Shown: one piece after another, positions 62,134 through 64,000 of the stretch
How the letters are laid out: each line of letters opens with the position of its first letter
Position numbering within the stretch: the first letter of the stretch is position 1
Source: Selaginella moellendorffii
Lineage: Eukaryota; Plantae; Lycopodiophyta
Length of the DNA stretch: 64,000 nt
NCBI RefSeq assembly: GCF_000143415.4
Contig: NW_003314360.1
Location: 594,486 to 658,485 of the forward strand
Direction: 5' to 3'
The notes under the pieces: generated by a model
What the model was told of the DNA's origin: nothing
Database searches by the model: none
What the model saw: only the letters and a program-made list of their open reading frames with translations
Made by a program: the position numbers and the translations under genes

Positions 62134-63637
62134 GTTTAGGATTTAGGCGCGTTTAGGCGTTTAGGGTCAAAGACACCCCGCGGTGTTGCAATCCGGCGAG
62201 ATTGCGGCACCACTTTGTGCAATCCACATTCTCCGTGTGCCGTTGTCGAGACGGCATGATCGAGAGCAAGTAGAGGAGGCAAGGGAATGAATTTTCATTC
62301 ATTCGTGAGCGAGGGAGAGGACAAGAGACAACCCGAGACCGGTTTCGTCCTTTTTGGGACTCATCAGCCGGGTGTAGTCGTCTAGTGTCTACCCTAACCC
62401 TAGCTCGGTGCCGACTCTACTTATATTTTGGCTCTGTCATGTGGCGCAAGTCCGTGTGGCGGCCATGCAAAGTGGCGTGGCAGCGTTGGCTCGCGAGGGT
62501 GCGAACGTAGCACAGCTGGTGTTGGTTACTCCACAGCAGTGGTAGTCGCGGAGAATGACTTCGGCGGATCGCCGAAGACAGTAAGCGTTCAGCCGGCGGG
62601 TGACGTACCTTTGACGCAAGATAACTTGTAAACGCGGCATGATATGATGCATGCGTTACGTCCACAATGCTTGTGTCACTCGTACGTACCCGGTGACGAA
62701 AAACGTGGTTCACTTTGCAGGGAATATTCTGGGAATATTCCGTCGTTGACCGTTGACCCTGCGTTGACCGTGTGTGGACTGGGATGGTGGAGGGCCTGAG
62801 GTCACTCATACATACCCGGAGTCCAGCGGTGATGCAGGGGAGAGCCATCCCGCGAGCTGTCGGCATGTGTCGCCGATGTCGAGGGAGCGGCACCGTTTTA
62901 ACGGAATACACGCTTTTCCACGAGTCGTGTGTGGAGTTCAGAGTTGAAACTCACATATTCACGATCGGAAGGAAGAGCGGAATCCAACAGTATATGCCGT
63001 TTTGACTCGGTCAACAGGGATACAGTCGGAATATTGGGGAATATTCCGTTCTGACCGTTGACTCCGCGTTGACCTGGCGTTGACTCGAAAGGGGGTGGCC
63101 TGGAGTGACTTGGGACATACCTGAAGTCCATCGGCCAGACCCTGGGAGTCATAGGGTATGCGGTGTCGGCGCGTGTGGCGTCGACGTCGTCGCATGGCAC
63201 CATTATGAGATTCGCAAGCTTTCCAAGGTGTGGTGTCCATCGTAAGGAGATGAGACCAACGTAGTCACACTTGGAAAGGGGTGCAGAATCGAATGGTGTA
63301 GGCCTCGTTGACTCGGTCAACAATCTGACTGTCAGGGAATATTCGGGAATATTCCTGTTTGGACAGTAGACTGGGCGTTGACCGGGCGTTGACCGGTGGG
63401 GGACGACCTGGGGTGACTGGGACATACCTAGAGTCCATTGGCCAGACCCTGAAGGTCATCAGTCATGCGGAGAAGGATGCAATCATATGCTTCCGTCTCT
63501 TGCAAAGTGTGGTAGAAGATGTGGCTGAGCTCGCAACGCGAGTTTAGCCTTGACCAGGAACGAACTGGGGTTCGGGAGGCATCTCCAGCACGTGATCACT
63601 CAGGGGAGTGTGTCTGCGGGAGCTTCATCCATCACCT
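62134..63637 (-). mobile_element. Terminal 5'-truncated PLE-B copy (PLE-B2)
   Basis: Matches 55354-56849 at offset 6788 with about 7 transitions. Capped by the telomere. Confidence 0.95.
62327..62379 (-). ncRNA. Minimal type I hammerhead ribozyme (PLE-B2)
   Basis: 53 nt identical to the other two copies. Confidence 0.95.
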
Positions 63638-64000
63638 GTTTAGGGTTTAGGGTTTAGGGTTTAGGGTTTAGGGTTTAGGGTTTAGGGTTTAGGGTTTAGG
63701 GTTTAGGGTTTAGGGTTTAGGGTTTAGGGTTTAGGGTTTAGGGTTTAGGGTTTAGGGTTTAGGGTTTAGGGTTTAGGGTTTAGGGTTTAGGGTTTAGGGT
63801 TTAGGGTTTAGGGTTTAGGGTTTAGGGTTTAGGGTTTAGGGTTTAGGGTTTAGGGGTTTAGGGTTTAGGGTTTAGGGTTTAGGGTTTTAGGGTTTAGGGT
63901 TTAGGGTTTAGGGTTTAGGGTTTTAGGGTTTAGGGTTTAGGGTTTAGGGTTTAGGGTTTTAGGGTTTAGGGTTTAGGGTTTAGGGTTTAGGGTTTAGGGT
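63638..64000 (+). repeat. Telomere, plant-type (TTTAGGG)n
   Basis: About 52 near-perfect units running to the end of the window, with rare TTTTAGGG/TTTAGGGG variants. Confidence 0.98.

Overview
Plant chromosome end: the window finishes in a (TTTAGGG)n telomere at 63638-64000. Very short introns, PLS-type PPR debris and telomere-associated Penelope-like elements (PLEs) suggest a lycophyte such as Selaginella; this is inferred, not proven. Bases 1-51 kb are a subtelomeric mosaic. It holds two LTR retrotransposons, a solo LTR, three L1-type LINE families, an RTE/RTEX-like fragment, a transposase remnant, and a few host genes (an intact thaumatin-like gene, a frameshifted LRR-Roc-COR gene, and PPR, lipase-3 and MYND/DUF4470 remnants). 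The distal 13 kb is a polarized chain of retroelements joined by telomeric tracts. First is an endonuclease-less PLE with an intact 718-aa RT. Next is a ladder of short 5'-truncated 3' ends, then a 6788-bp non-autonomous PLE derivative and a second truncated copy capped by the telomere. Three identical minimal hammerhead ribozymes lie on the minus strand. The most unusual observations are: (1) a structured ~65-nt 3' cassette ending in CCCTAAA repeats is shared by the non-autonomous PLE and an unrelated L1-type LINE, and both occur in the telomeric chain; (2) a recurring (A)CCGGTTT|AGGG junction in the internal telomeric tracts matches the cDNA of the ribozyme-cleaved RNA end; (3) the real telomere starts exactly at a two-unit telomeric tract embedded in the PLE RT coding sequence; (4) oppositely oriented telomere-tailed LINEs at 14.9-23.1 kb look like a fossil end-to-end join.
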